Shown one piece after another: positions 8,895 to 18,882 of a stretch of DNA of 64,000 nt. Positions within the stretch are counted from its first letter, which is position 1; the number at the start of each line of letters is the position of its first letter. The DNA lies in assembly GCA_964342815.1 (NCBI GenBank), contig CAYFHS010000008.1, forward strand, positions 1 through 64,000, written 5' to 3'. The notes beneath the pieces were generated by a model. It made no database searches, was not told where the DNA came from, and saw only the letters and a program-made list of their open reading frames with translations. The position numbers were made by a program, and so were the translations under genes. This DNA comes from an uncultured archaeon. Lineage in GTDB: Archaea > Thermoplasmatota > Penumbrarchaeia > JASLWR01.

Positions 8895-10619
8895 ATGCTG
8901 AAGTTAAAAGACATTATCGGGTGGACAGTACAAAAGTACGGCACAAAGATAAGAAATCTATTAACAATAGCAAAAAAGGACATTATGGACGACGAGGAGC
9001 GAAGCAGAATAATTCACCGTTTCAAGAATATAGAAACCGAAGATATTCTTCCAGCCCTAAGTGAGACCTGGGATGAGGTGAAAGACGGAAAATACGTGAG
9101 CTATTTCAAACAGAATAGAGCACGAAAGAAGTTTATCAAGGGTTTTAAAAAGGGGGCTCACCGATTAATAAAATTGACTGCCCTCATCTTGGTATTATGG
9201 ACTCTATTTTTGCCCGGAACCCACAAGACATTCGGAATCTCCGTCTTTGCATCTTTGTTTATCCTGTGGGGCATAGAAGATCTCCTATTCATGATCTTTT
9301 CATTTAGAAAAAGCGGAAAAATGTACCGGAAGGCGGCAGATCCTCCCGATAAAGGCATTGAGGACCTTCGGGGTCGATTCAATTTCACGTATATTTTCGG
9401 GACTATAATATTTCTAACCGGTCTTTTGTCGATTTTCTTTCTCATACCTCCTCTCTCGACTCCTCTTGATATGCAGGTGGAACATGGTAAGTACTCCTGG
9501 CCGATAATATACATATTTGTGATCGTTCTATGGTTGATTGCCGTAAAAGCCGTAACAAATGCCTTCAAATACAGTCATTCCCTGGGTAGAAGAATTGCTC
9601 TTTTAAAGCATGATCGAGGAATTATGAAGCGTTTAAAACAGGAAAAAGAACTCAATAAATACGGGAGGGTGCTGACAAAATATATTTACCTTCCAGTAAT
9701 ACTTGCAGCCGTATTCGTTATAATCAGTGTAGGATTCAAATACTTCTATGCGGTTCTCATGAATTCGCTGAAGGAAGATAATTTCACCATGATGGACTCC
9801 CTGGGTACCGGTCTTAGCAACCTTATATCAGGGGGGAAAACAGCAACATTACCCCAATGGATGCCGCGAGTAAAGGGTGCATGGCTCGTTCTTTTTCAGT
9901 TATCATGTATCGTGATGGTGGGAATGGGAACGTATATGCGCAATAGAAAGATCAATTCGGTCCTTCATCCCAACACTCCGCAATCACCAGCGGGGAAAAA
10001 GGTAAAAATGCTGCTTGAAGATCTGACATTCATAAAAAAGAAGAAAAGGAAACGCAGCAAGTGGGCTAACTCAGATCAACCAATACCGAAAGAAGGTGAG
10101 AAAGTGGAAAAAAGAGGGAAGGGATTATACATAGGCAGATTTCAACCCTTTCACAACGGCCATTACAAAGTCATAGGGGAGATTATCGATGACCTGGAAT
10201 ACCTGATCATCGGGGTCGGATCTGCAAAAGAAAGTTACACGGCAAAGAACCCATTCACCTGTGGGGAGAGAGTTTTAATGATAAGAAACTCACTGAAACC
10301 TTCATGGCGAGAAAAGTGTATAATCATACCGATTGACGATATCAACAGGTACAATGTGTGGGTGTCTCACGTTGAGGATCTTACCCCACCATTTGATCTC
10401 GTCGTTGGAAATTCTGCTCTAACAGCTCTTCTATTCTCGGATAAGGGATATTATATAAAAAATCCGAAAGAATATTCCCGCGAGAAGTATAAAGGAGAGG
10501 TAATTCGTAATAAGATGCGTAAGGGGAATGAATGGAGAGAATCAGTGCCGGAAGAAACAGCGGTAGTGATAGACGGTATAAGGGGCTTGGAACGGATAAG
10601 AAATTTAGTTGATCATTAG
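8895..10619 (+). CDS. nadM: Multi-pass membrane domain fused in frame to NMN adenylyltransferase
   Basis: C-terminal 171 aa: GLYIGRFQPFHNGH, IGVGSA...NPFTCGER, YNVWVSHV, typical of archaeal NadM; N-terminal region has several hydrophobic helices; likely ATG at 8895. Confidence 0.8.
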   Translation: MLKLKDIIGWTVQKYGTKIRNLLTIAKKDIMDDEERSRIIHRFKNIETEDILPALSETWDEVKDGKYVSYFKQNRARKKFIKGFKKGAHRLIKLTALILVLWTLFLPGTHKTFGISVFASLFILWGIEDLLFMIFSFRKSGKMYRKAADPPDKGIEDLRGRFNFTYIFGTIIFLTGLLSIFFLIPPLSTPLDMQVEHGKYSWPIIYIFVIVLWLIAVKAVTNAFKYSHSLGRRIALLKHDRGIMKRLKQEKELNKYGRVLTKYIYLPVILAAVFVIISVGFKYFYAVLMNSLKEDNFTMMDSLGTGLSNLISGGKTATLPQWMPRVKGAWLVLFQLSCIVMVGMGTYMRNRKINSVLHPNTPQSPAGKKVKMLLEDLTFIKKKKRKRSKWANSDQPIPKEGEKVEKRGKGLYIGRFQPFHNGHYKVIGEIIDDLEYLIIGVGSAKESYTAKNPFTCGERVLMIRNSLKPSWREKCIIIPIDDINRYNVWVSHVEDLTPPFDLVVGNSALTALLFSDKGYYIKNPKEYSREKYKGEVIRNKMRKGNEWRESVPEETAVVIDGIRGLERIRNLVDH

Positions 10620-10627
10620 GTGGTTGA

Positions 10628-11827
10628 ATGGTTACGTCCGAAGATTGCATGGTGATGGAAAAAAGGTACGGAGCCCATAATTATGAACCGATCCCGGTTG
10701 TGATCGAGAGCGCCCATGGGATTTGGGTTCAAGACCCTGAAGGGAGAAAATATCTGGACTGCCTCTCGGCGTACAGTGCGATTAATCACGGTCATCGGCA
10801 CCCTCGTATAATCAAAGCTCTCCGCGAACAAGCGAATAGGCTGACCCTGACCAGCAGGGCCTTCTACAATGATCGATTGCCGGTTTTTTTGAAAAAACTC
10901 ACCGGGCTCGCCGGTATGGAGGCAGCTCTCCCAATGAATACAGGGGCCGAGGCAGTTGAAACCGGTATTAAACTTGCCAGAAAATGGGGTTATCAACACA
11001 AAAAGATCGAGGATGGGAGAGCTGAGATAATAGTGTGCGAGAATAACTTTCACGGGAGAACCACCACCATTGTGGGTTTTTCATCAGACCCGGGCACGAA
11101 GAACGGTTTTTCCCCCTTCACACCGGGTTTTATTACTATTCCGTACGATGACTGTGAGGCCCTTGAGCAGGCCGTTACGCCCAACACCGTTGCGTTTCTA
11201 GTGGAACCGATTCAGGGTGAGGCAGGCGTGGTGGTCCCCAAAGAGGGATATCTAAAGAGGATCAGGGAGATATGCAGCGATAATAACGTTCTTCTGATGC
11301 TGGACGAGATACAGACAGGATTCTGCCGTACCGGGAAGATGTTCGCATTCATGCACGAGGAAGCAAAACCGGACATACTCCTGGTGGGAAAAGCTCTTGG
11401 AGGGGGGGTCTACCCGGTATCCGCGGCTCTCGCTTCCTGGGACATAATGAAGGTTTTCACGCCGGGGGACCACGGCAGCACCTTCGGGGGCAATCCCCTG
11501 GCCTGTGCCGTTGGCATGGAAGCTCTCGACGTTCTTGTTGATGAGGATCTGGCAAACCGGGCGTCCGCCATGGGGAATTACTTCATAAAACGGCTGCTCA
11601 AGATGAAAAATGAAAAAATAAGGGAGATACGTGGCAGAGGACTTCTCATTGCAGTTGAGATCAATGAAGAATTCGGGAAAGCACGGGAATACTGCGAAAA
11701 ACTGAAAGAGCTTGGAATACTAGCGAAGGATACTCACGGCCAGACTATCCGGTTCGCACCGCCACTAATAATCTCAAAAGAAGATATAGATTATATCATG
11801 GAAAGATTCATTAAAGTTCTAGACTAA
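10628..11827 (+). CDS. rocD: Ornithine aminotransferase (class III PLP enzyme)
   Basis: YGAHNYEPIPVV, DCLSAYSAINHGHRHP, LTLTSRAFYND, EPIQGEAGV, DEIQTG, GKALGGG, HGSTFGGNPLAC. Confidence 0.93.
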   Translation: MVTSEDCMVMEKRYGAHNYEPIPVVIESAHGIWVQDPEGRKYLDCLSAYSAINHGHRHPRIIKALREQANRLTLTSRAFYNDRLPVFLKKLTGLAGMEAALPMNTGAEAVETGIKLARKWGYQHKKIEDGRAEIIVCENNFHGRTTTIVGFSSDPGTKNGFSPFTPGFITIPYDDCEALEQAVTPNTVAFLVEPIQGEAGVVVPKEGYLKRIREICSDNNVLLMLDEIQTGFCRTGKMFAFMHEEAKPDILLVGKALGGGVYPVSAALASWDIMKVFTPGDHGSTFGGNPLACAVGMEALDVLVDEDLANRASAMGNYFIKRLLKMKNEKIREIRGRGLLIAVEINEEFGKAREYCEKLKELGILAKDTHGQTIRFAPPLIISKEDIDYIMERFIKVLD

Positions 11828-11858
11828 TCGAAAATATCGATTAATAAAGAAAAAAAAT

Positions 11859-14800
11859 TTATAAATCCCATTTATCCAGGGAAATCCTATCATTCCCCGC
11901 CGATTCACTTTCAAACTTATCATTTGAATCCGTTTTTTCCAGTATCGGCAGGTGATTTTCGGAGCTTTCATCATTCTCCCAATCAAGCGACAACTCAGTT
12001 TGCTCTTCCTCCTCAATTTCCCCTTCGTCCTCAATTCCTCCTTCGGACGATGATAACGGTTCATTCTCTACGGCCACCTCGTCCAGTAACGTAATTAAAT
12101 CATCGAACTTTTTTTCTGTCTTTCGGTCGATCTTTGTACCTCGAAAACTTTTTTTCCTTGGTTTCCGTCTCATTTCCTTCAATTTCTTAGTCTTCATGGA
12201 AAAATTTGCGGTCTCATCCTCATCACCGCTCATTGATATTTCAGATCCCATATCTGAAAATCCAGCTAAATTATTATATTCAAATTGTTCATCCATATAT
12301 TCGGACTCGGTTTCATCGATACTTTCCTCCGTTGAAACCTCAGTTTCTTCCTCATAATGGTCTGATTCACTTACAATGAACGGATTATCCATTTCATCGA
12401 GATCATCGGATACCCGGGAATGAGTGGGTTCAGCGATAATTTTTTCACTTAGATTCCCGTATAATTTATTGTAATCGGCCGCATTTTCCCTTGTCAATCC
12501 ATCCCCCAAAGAAGAATCCGGCTCAGTTTCCACAGGAACTTCATCAGATTCCACTTCACGCTTCCTCTTCTTTCTGATTACAATAATAATAATAATTGCT
12601 GGTACTAGGAGAAATACAATGGCCAATGGAATAAATAATGACATTCCTGCGCGCGAGAATATACTTGGAGGCGGTTCCACCACCACCGTGATCTTACTAA
12701 TGTCCACGTCCCCATCATCGTCAACAACCTTTAGGCTGACCTCATATTCCCCGACATCTTGAAAATTATAGCTAAGAGATTTATTCACCCGGTCAACCAC
12801 CTGACCGTTAACACTCCACTCATAATGCAAACCTTCGCTGTCGCTTACAGTGTCGGTGGACTCGGTCCCTTTAAGAACGATAGTGCCGGGATCGGCTAAA
12901 ATGATCCTGCCGTTATTAATCTCATCCGCAGTTATATTTGATACCGGGGGAACATTGACTATATTGAATCCAACCACCGCTGTATCGAATTCACCATTAT
13001 CGTCCACCACTCTCAGCATAACGCTTTTTTCTCCCCGAGTTGAATATATCTGCTCCAACACGGGTTTATCTGTCACCTGATCCATATGGAATTCCAGACC
13101 GTTATAATCGAGGTCCCATTCATAACGAAGCTCGTTCATGTCGCTTAAAGTGTCACGGGTTCCGGATGCATTCAGAATGATGAGCTGGTCCTCTTCCGCC
13201 TCTTCCACATGTGAGAGCAGTGCAATTGGCGCGACGTTTTCTACATTAACATTAATAACGGCGGTATCGAAATCATTATCATCATCGGTTAACGTAAGAG
13301 TGATATTGTAACTGCCCTGGTCTTTGAATGATATATTTGCATATTTACCGTAGACCTCTCTAACATCCTCCACACTCCACACATAATACAATGAATCGAT
13401 GTCCGAGATGGAATCCATGCAAAGGGAACCATCAAGGACATGAACCTCATCCTCGGTAAGGTTAAGCATATCATAGGGTACCACCGCAGTGGGGATAACA
13501 TTTAATATGTTTACCGTGACGCTGTCAGTGGAAGATTCATTGTTATCATCGGTGACCTTGAGAGTAGTAAAATACGAACCCCGTCGTGTATAGGTATGAT
13601 TTGTTATAATACCGGAAGCATCGGAATAATTGATGCCGTCCTCCTCATCGAAATCCCATTGATAGGTGAGCAGGCCTATATCTGACACGGTATCTGTAGA
13701 GTTTCTTCCGTCAAAATTTATTAGTTGGTCCTCGAAGCCACTCATCTCCACTCCAGCGTTGGCCACCGGTGCTATATTTTTTATGTTGACCTCCAAAGAA
13801 TCGGAGGACTGGTTTCCATCATCGTCCTTAACGTTAAGAACTACATGATATGTTTTCGAAAGGCCGGAAGGTCCATCATTCGAATAAGTGTGATTTATAT
13901 ATGACTGATTCGCCCATTGGGTTATCTCTCCATCGCCAAAGTCCCATTGGTATAGAAGATTTTCCTTGTCCCACGGTGTATCCCAACTCCCGGAACCATC
14001 GAACTGGATCAGTTCATCTTCCAAACTGAATATATTATCCCCCGCTTCCGCAACCGGGTTCACGTTCCTGACAACTACATCGAACTCGAAAGGATCGGAC
14101 TTGGCCGAATCAGTATCTATTACGGTCAAATTTACTGAAAATATCCCATCATTATCGTAAACGTGCTCCGGATTGGCCTTTGCCGAGCCCCCGCCGTCAC
14201 CGAAGTTCCACATGTAAGAAAGCATATCGCCATCGGGATCGCCGGACTGGGAACTGTCAAAACTGATAGACTCTCCAGCGGTTATCGAACCTGGTATCAC
14301 AGCTGCAGCCGTTGGAGGCCGGTTCAATATTACATACTCGCCCTTCATCTCGAAACTGCCCATCAATCCGCGGACCGGGTGAGGACCTTTGGTTGAATTA
14401 AAATGATATAATTTTCCGTTCACATCTGTCGTACCAACCAGTGCACCATCAATTCGTATCTCGGCTCCCTCCCCGTGGCCTCCGATAAAATCTTTAACCG
14501 TTATAGAAACATCATCATCATGCCCGTCCATGTCATCGTCCATTAATTCTATTATCATTTCGTAACGAAGCTGCGGATTTTTGTATTCTTTCAAAAACTC
14601 CAACCATTTGGTATTGGCCATGCTGATCTTCGAAATATAAGTCTGCGATGGCCCGTCCGTAGGAAAATAGATCATCAATCCCTTCGCACCGGAATAACTT
14701 TTTTGCCCTTCCTCGATAACCGTGGTATCGTGTTCGTTCATGAGAGCTGTCGCGGCATTTCTCAAGGGGGCGGGCAGTGAACCGTCCTGCTGGATATTGC

Positions 14801-15770
14801 GGGCAAAATCGTATAGATCTCTCGAATTGCTGTTTCCACAGTGCTGAGAGTCGGCCCGGGCATCCTTTATACTATTCTCGAAGTGGTACATATAATTAGT
14901 TAGTTTCTCGGAAAAATCATCGAGCTTCGGCATATAACTGCCATTGAGTCTCGATAGGTCTACCGCGGCCTGAGTTACCGACGAAGAATATTCATCGAGA
15001 AATGCCACAACAATGGAAGTAGCAAAATTGGCGGGAGTCATGTCCGGTGAACTTGCAAGGGCAGCCAGTGGAGTCTCGTAATCCCAACCGTCCCCCGGTT
15101 CTGTGGCTTCAGATGCTATCCCGTAATCTACATAGGGAATCAATTGATAATGGGTCTCGATAAAACCCAGAAAGCAAACGTCGAACCCAATGATATCAAG
15201 TTTCTTTCCTGCTGTGGCCTTTGCATTGTTCAATACATCATTAAGCTCCCAAAGCTCTATCTCGCCGCCCCCATTGTGTTCATCATTGCAGAAACCCTTG
15301 ATCCCCTCCTCGTCATCACTACGTCTGAAGATACCAGATCCATGGTCCCAAATGGATAAAGCGTAATGATCCGCGGGATAATTTGTGATGGCCCACTGCA
15401 AAAAGGAATCAAGGGTATCGGGGTCTGCCATGTCCGGCTCGAGGGGGATCCCCGCATCCGAGGTTGGGAAAGTATTGACGCCGTCCCTAATCACGTAGTA
15501 GAGTTCTCCATCGTTGGTACCTCTGCCGTCCCAAAGAACGACGATATTGATATTTGAATCGGACCCCACCGCCTTCATTTCAGAAAGATCGCTCTGACCG
15601 TAAGATTGGAGATTATTATCGGCGTCGAGATAAACCATAAAGGTCCACTTTTTATTTAGTCGATCAGTCATCTCCGACCGATCAGCCACTACGCTGAAGG
15701 GTTGTATTACATGTAAAATAAATAACGATACTGTAAAGAAAAAGAGCATGAATTTACGTTTCCCACTCAT
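11859..15770 (-). CDS. Membrane-anchored clostripain-family (C11) cysteine peptidase with multiple PKD domains and acidic tail
   Basis: KWTFMVYLDADNNL, WDHGSG (catalytic His), GFDVCFLG (catalytic Cys); several WDFGDG/WDFD PKD units; TM before RKKRKR. Confidence 0.9.
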   Translation of the reverse strand: MSGKRKFMLFFFTVSLFILHVIQPFSVVADRSEMTDRLNKKWTFMVYLDADNNLQSYGQSDLSEMKAVGSDSNINIVVLWDGRGTNDGELYYVIRDGVNTFPTSDAGIPLEPDMADPDTLDSFLQWAITNYPADHYALSIWDHGSGIFRRSDDEEGIKGFCNDEHNGGGEIELWELNDVLNNAKATAGKKLDIIGFDVCFLGFIETHYQLIPYVDYGIASEATEPGDGWDYETPLAALASSPDMTPANFATSIVVAFLDEYSSSVTQAAVDLSRLNGSYMPKLDDFSEKLTNYMYHFENSIKDARADSQHCGNSNSRDLYDFARNIQQDGSLPAPLRNAATALMNEHDTTVIEEGQKSYSGAKGLMIYFPTDGPSQTYISKISMANTKWLEFLKEYKNPQLRYEMIIELMDDDMDGHDDDVSITVKDFIGGHGEGAEIRIDGALVGTTDVNGKLYHFNSTKGPHPVRGLMGSFEMKGEYVILNRPPTAAAVIPGSITAGESISFDSSQSGDPDGDMLSYMWNFGDGGGSAKANPEHVYDNDGIFSVNLTVIDTDSAKSDPFEFDVVVRNVNPVAEAGDNIFSLEDELIQFDGSGSWDTPWDKENLLYQWDFGDGEITQWANQSYINHTYSNDGPSGLSKTYHVVLNVKDDDGNQSSDSLEVNIKNIAPVANAGVEMSGFEDQLINFDGRNSTDTVSDIGLLTYQWDFDEEDGINYSDASGIITNHTYTRRGSYFTTLKVTDDNNESSTDSVTVNILNVIPTAVVPYDMLNLTEDEVHVLDGSLCMDSISDIDSLYYVWSVEDVREVYGKYANISFKDQGSYNITLTLTDDDNDFDTAVINVNVENVAPIALLSHVEEAEEDQLIILNASGTRDTLSDMNELRYEWDLDYNGLEFHMDQVTDKPVLEQIYSTRGEKSVMLRVVDDNGEFDTAVVGFNIVNVPPVSNITADEINNGRIILADPGTIVLKGTESTDTVSDSEGLHYEWSVNGQVVDRVNKSLSYNFQDVGEYEVSLKVVDDDGDVDISKITVVVEPPPSIFSRAGMSLFIPLAIVFLLVPAIIIIIVIRKKRKREVESDEVPVETEPDSSLGDGLTRENAADYNKLYGNLSEKIIAEPTHSRVSDDLDEMDNPFIVSESDHYEEETEVSTEESIDETESEYMDEQFEYNNLAGFSDMGSEISMSGDEDETANFSMKTKKLKEMRRKPRKKSFRGTKIDRKTEKKFDDLITLLDEVAVENEPLSSSEGGIEDEGEIEEEEQTELSLDWENDESSENHLPILEKTDSNDKFESESAGNDRISLDKWDL

Positions 15771-15893
15771 GTAATCACAGTTCTCCAGACTGTTAATGTA
15801 ACACTTTAATGGTTTTTCTACTTTTTGTTATTTTTTTCGTACCTTTCCTATCATCCATTGAACAATTAATTTGCTTGATGATACATGTTACAT

Positions 15894-15958
15894 TAAAAGG
15901 AGTAAAATATTTATACATATCAGGGTTTAGACCTTTAAAGATTATACATGTAATAAAT
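15894..15958 (+). repeat. 65-bp exact direct repeat, copy 1 (contains TATA-like TTTATACA)
   Basis: taaaaggagtaaaatatttatacatatcagggtttagacctttaaagattatacatgtaataaat, identical to 17465-17529. Confidence 0.95.
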
Positions 15959-16050
15959 TCTACATGTTTCGTAGTAGAGTTAATATAAAATAGAAGTTAG
16001 AAAATGTATTACTCTATAACAATAAATGAAATTTCAAGTGGTGTTATGTA

Positions 16051-17364
16051 TTGAACGGAAAAGTAAATTCACGTTACCCTCCTCCAAAGTGGCACCATAG
16101 CCCGGTCAATCAGACAGCGGCCCCCATGGCACGAAGGGTACCAATGGATAAATCCGCGGTCTTTGGAATTGTAATTACGAGCATATGCTCCGTAATGTTA
16201 TTTATCGCATTATTTGCACCGTGGTTCACTGTCAAGCAACGGGACTATGACAGCTGGGGTTGGGATGAAGAAAATGATAATTACAAATGGGTGAGCTACG
16301 ACCATGATGGAGACAGCTATGGAGAAGATTCTGACGATATGAATAGATTCTTTAGAACGTATGACAGTTTGGAAAATGGCAAAATCCAAGGATTTACCGG
16401 CATTATTACGGGAATGATCCTGGGCATCGCATTGATTGTACTAGGCAATTTACATTTGTTAGGTGAACTATCGAGAAGAATTATTATGTTTTTCCGGGGA
16501 GTGACCGGAATAGCAATGCTATTACCGGCAGTTTTCCTCATGGTATGTGGATCCAAGTTCACCGGCTTAGCTATATCTATTTCAACGGGAGGAAGCAATG
16601 AAAGTAAGGAGGTCTTTTTATCCCCTGTTCCCCATGTTATGCTAATCATCGGAATAATCTTTTTCGTTTTTTCATTCATTATTATATCTCATAGTTTCAG
16701 AAATCTCTCCAAAATGAATAAGAATAAAGATTCTCAGCTCGGGATAATTACCCGACATTTTTCTGGAAAGTTCAAAAAATTTACTTTTGTACTGGTCATA
16801 TTAAGTATGTTAGCATTAGTCACCCTACCACTCTTACCCATCGTATCCGAAACTGATGACGAATATGATCGTTACCTCACTTCAGGTGTGATTTTATCAG
16901 AGGAGATAATGGATTATGTAGATTTTGCAGATTACCTCGCTTGGGTAAATATCTGCTTTTGGGTAATATTTCCTATTACACTCCTTGCCCTGTTTGCCGC
17001 TCTGTTTATGACATCGGGTTTGAACGATCTAACCGGGTATATTATAGGATTGATAACAAATTTAATTGCGATTTTCCTGCTCATTGGACTGATATTCAAG
17101 ATTTTATTTATCGTGGATGTGTATAATGGCGAAAAAGTTATGAATGGATATGGTTCAATAAGTTCTGAAGGTTTAGTGTATGGCTATAACTATCTTCCGC
17201 TAATAGTGATGATAGGTCTTATCGTGATTTGTATCCTTTATATGATCCATACGATAAAGGGTTCGGCTGCTTATTTCAGGTCACTGCCCATGCATTCAGG
17301 ATCGGTCCCAATGGACTATGACGGTCTCAGTGGCAATTATTACCATAAAAGAAAAAACCCATGA
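16051..17364 (+). CDS. Hypothetical polytopic membrane protein
   Basis: About 8-10 hydrophobic segments in a 437-aa ORF; lies between the two 65-bp repeats. Confidence 0.75.
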   Translation: MNGKVNSRYPPPKWHHSPVNQTAAPMARRVPMDKSAVFGIVITSICSVMLFIALFAPWFTVKQRDYDSWGWDEENDNYKWVSYDHDGDSYGEDSDDMNRFFRTYDSLENGKIQGFTGIITGMILGIALIVLGNLHLLGELSRRIIMFFRGVTGIAMLLPAVFLMVCGSKFTGLAISISTGGSNESKEVFLSPVPHVMLIIGIIFFVFSFIIISHSFRNLSKMNKNKDSQLGIITRHFSGKFKKFTFVLVILSMLALVTLPLLPIVSETDDEYDRYLTSGVILSEEIMDYVDFADYLAWVNICFWVIFPITLLALFAALFMTSGLNDLTGYIIGLITNLIAIFLLIGLIFKILFIVDVYNGEKVMNGYGSISSEGLVYGYNYLPLIVMIGLIVICILYMIHTIKGSAAYFRSLPMHSGSVPMDYDGLSGNYYHKRKNP

Positions 17365-17464
17365 TTTGAAAGGTTGAAGAATACTAGTTAACCGGAAAAG
17401 ATCATATTTATCAGGGCAAAGAGATAACATTTTTTCTGGTTATTTTAGACAATATTCATCTCAA

Positions 17465-17529
17465 TAAAAGGAGTAAAATATTTATACATATCAGGGTTTA
17501 GACCTTTAAAGATTATACATGTAATAAAT
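17465..17529 (+). repeat. 65-bp exact direct repeat, copy 2
   Basis: Identical to 15894-15958. Confidence 0.95.
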
Positions 17530-17642
17530 CGTAAGGGATTGGGTGAAGCCTCCAAGACAGTGTTCGAACGAATCAGGTAGGCAATTCCAATAAGAAGTAA
17601 ATTAGCAGGGGTGATAATATCGGTCCCACTGAAAAAAATGAG

Positions 17643-18383
17643 ATGAAGGGAAAAGTTACAGTAATACTGAGGGATAGAGATGGCAAGATCGTGCAAAGTG
17701 AAAAGGTAAAAAACCTGATCGTATCATCCGGAAAAATGTTAATTGCCAATCTCTTCAGGGGTGAAGAATCTCAACCGGTCAGCCATATGGCGGTGGGTAC
17801 GGGAAGAGTAAATCCCAGTTCAGGGGATGTGGCCATTCAGGAGGAAATGTCACCACGGTGTCCTTTCGATAAGAATTTTTTATCTCCCGAAAAGAGCGCA
17901 TATCTTGCTCTCAAAGACGCTGCTAAAAAAGATGTATTGATACTCACTTCAAGGATATGTGGGGAGAGGGGAAACTTCATTTCCGTGGAAGTTAAAAAAA
18001 GAAGCTCGGATAATTTCTCGCTCTACGTCTATGGAGAGACCGACGAAGAATTCGTCGAAGAGGAGTTCAAGGAGCTGTCCATGAATCCAAAGGAGAAGCG
18101 GCATGTCGAAAAGGTCGTAAATATTGAATCCCAGCTGGTGAGTGCGAAGAGTATAGTGAATTCGACCCCGACAAATTTATCCCGAACTTCGCTAGAGGAA
18201 GGACAGGATGCAATAGTAACCCTGGGAGCCACTTTCGGTTATGATGAATGCAACGGTCCCATCTCGGAAGCGGGAATATTCAATGCATCAAGGGAAGGTA
18301 CCATGTACAACCGGGTCGTATTCCCGGAGATCAACAAGACGGACAAATTGACACTTTCGCTTATTTGGAAAATATCGTTCTAG
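17643..18383 (+). CDS. Phage-tail/eCIS-like structural protein with an inserted sheath-like subdomain
   Basis: KGKVTVIL..KNLIVSSGK..SHMAVGTG..GDVAIQEE and ATFG..CNGPISEAGIFNA..GTMYNRVVFPEINKT..LSLIWKISF resemble a widespread phage virion/tail protein; central SRICGERGNFISVEV..EEFKELSMNP..HVEKVVN resembles tail-sheath subdomains. Confidence 0.6.
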   Translation: MKGKVTVILRDRDGKIVQSEKVKNLIVSSGKMLIANLFRGEESQPVSHMAVGTGRVNPSSGDVAIQEEMSPRCPFDKNFLSPEKSAYLALKDAAKKDVLILTSRICGERGNFISVEVKKRSSDNFSLYVYGETDEEFVEEEFKELSMNPKEKRHVEKVVNIESQLVSAKSIVNSTPTNLSRTSLEEGQDAIVTLGATFGYDECNGPISEAGIFNASREGTMYNRVVFPEINKTDKLTLSLIWKISF

Positions 18384-18393
18384 GAGGGAGTTT

Positions 18394-18870
18394 ATGGGTT
18401 CAAAAAAAAGACCAAAGATCGTGGTGTCGGACGGCAAACAAGCAAAGAAGATAGAGGTGATCCCCGCAAAGGGAAAAGGAGAGAAAAAACTTGGCCTGGT
18501 CAGATCGGATTTTGAGCCGAGATTGAAGAGCCCGGGTGATCTCATACAGGCTGAAGAATGGAATGATATTCAGGAAGAAATTAAGGATGATCTGATGAAT
18601 CTAAATAACGGAATCGAGCTTTTGAGCAAAAAATCCTCCACAATGATAGCATCCGGGATAGCTTCGCACGGGGTCTTCGTGGAACTTGACTGGGAGGTAC
18701 AGCCCCACGTTATTCTTTCACCCAGCGGAACAGTGGACGAGGTTGAGGATAATATGAATTTGATATGTTATCCCCACGATATATCATCCAGTGGTTTCCG
18801 GGTATTTGCGCAGTCAAGGGATGGAAAGGTAAGCGGAATCGTCAATTGGATCGCTTTTGGAGTAACTTAG
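18394..18870 (+). CDS. Putative short tail-fibre-like protein
   Basis: PGDLIQAEEWNDIQ motif and C-terminal beta domain ending ISSSGFRVF..VNWIAFG, like tail-fibre tip/H-type-lectin-like domains; SD GGGAG. Confidence 0.5.
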   Translation: MGSKKRPKIVVSDGKQAKKIEVIPAKGKGEKKLGLVRSDFEPRLKSPGDLIQAEEWNDIQEEIKDDLMNLNNGIELLSKKSSTMIASGIASHGVFVELDWEVQPHVILSPSGTVDEVEDNMNLICYPHDISSSGFRVFAQSRDGKVSGIVNWIAFGVT

Positions 18871-18882
18871 CGGGGTGATAAA

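Noticed and set aside
17561-17569. Another TGTTCGAAC matching the 707-715 motif, upstream of the tail-like cassette
   Set aside because: A single short match without the phased GAAC array is plausible by chance in 64 kb.
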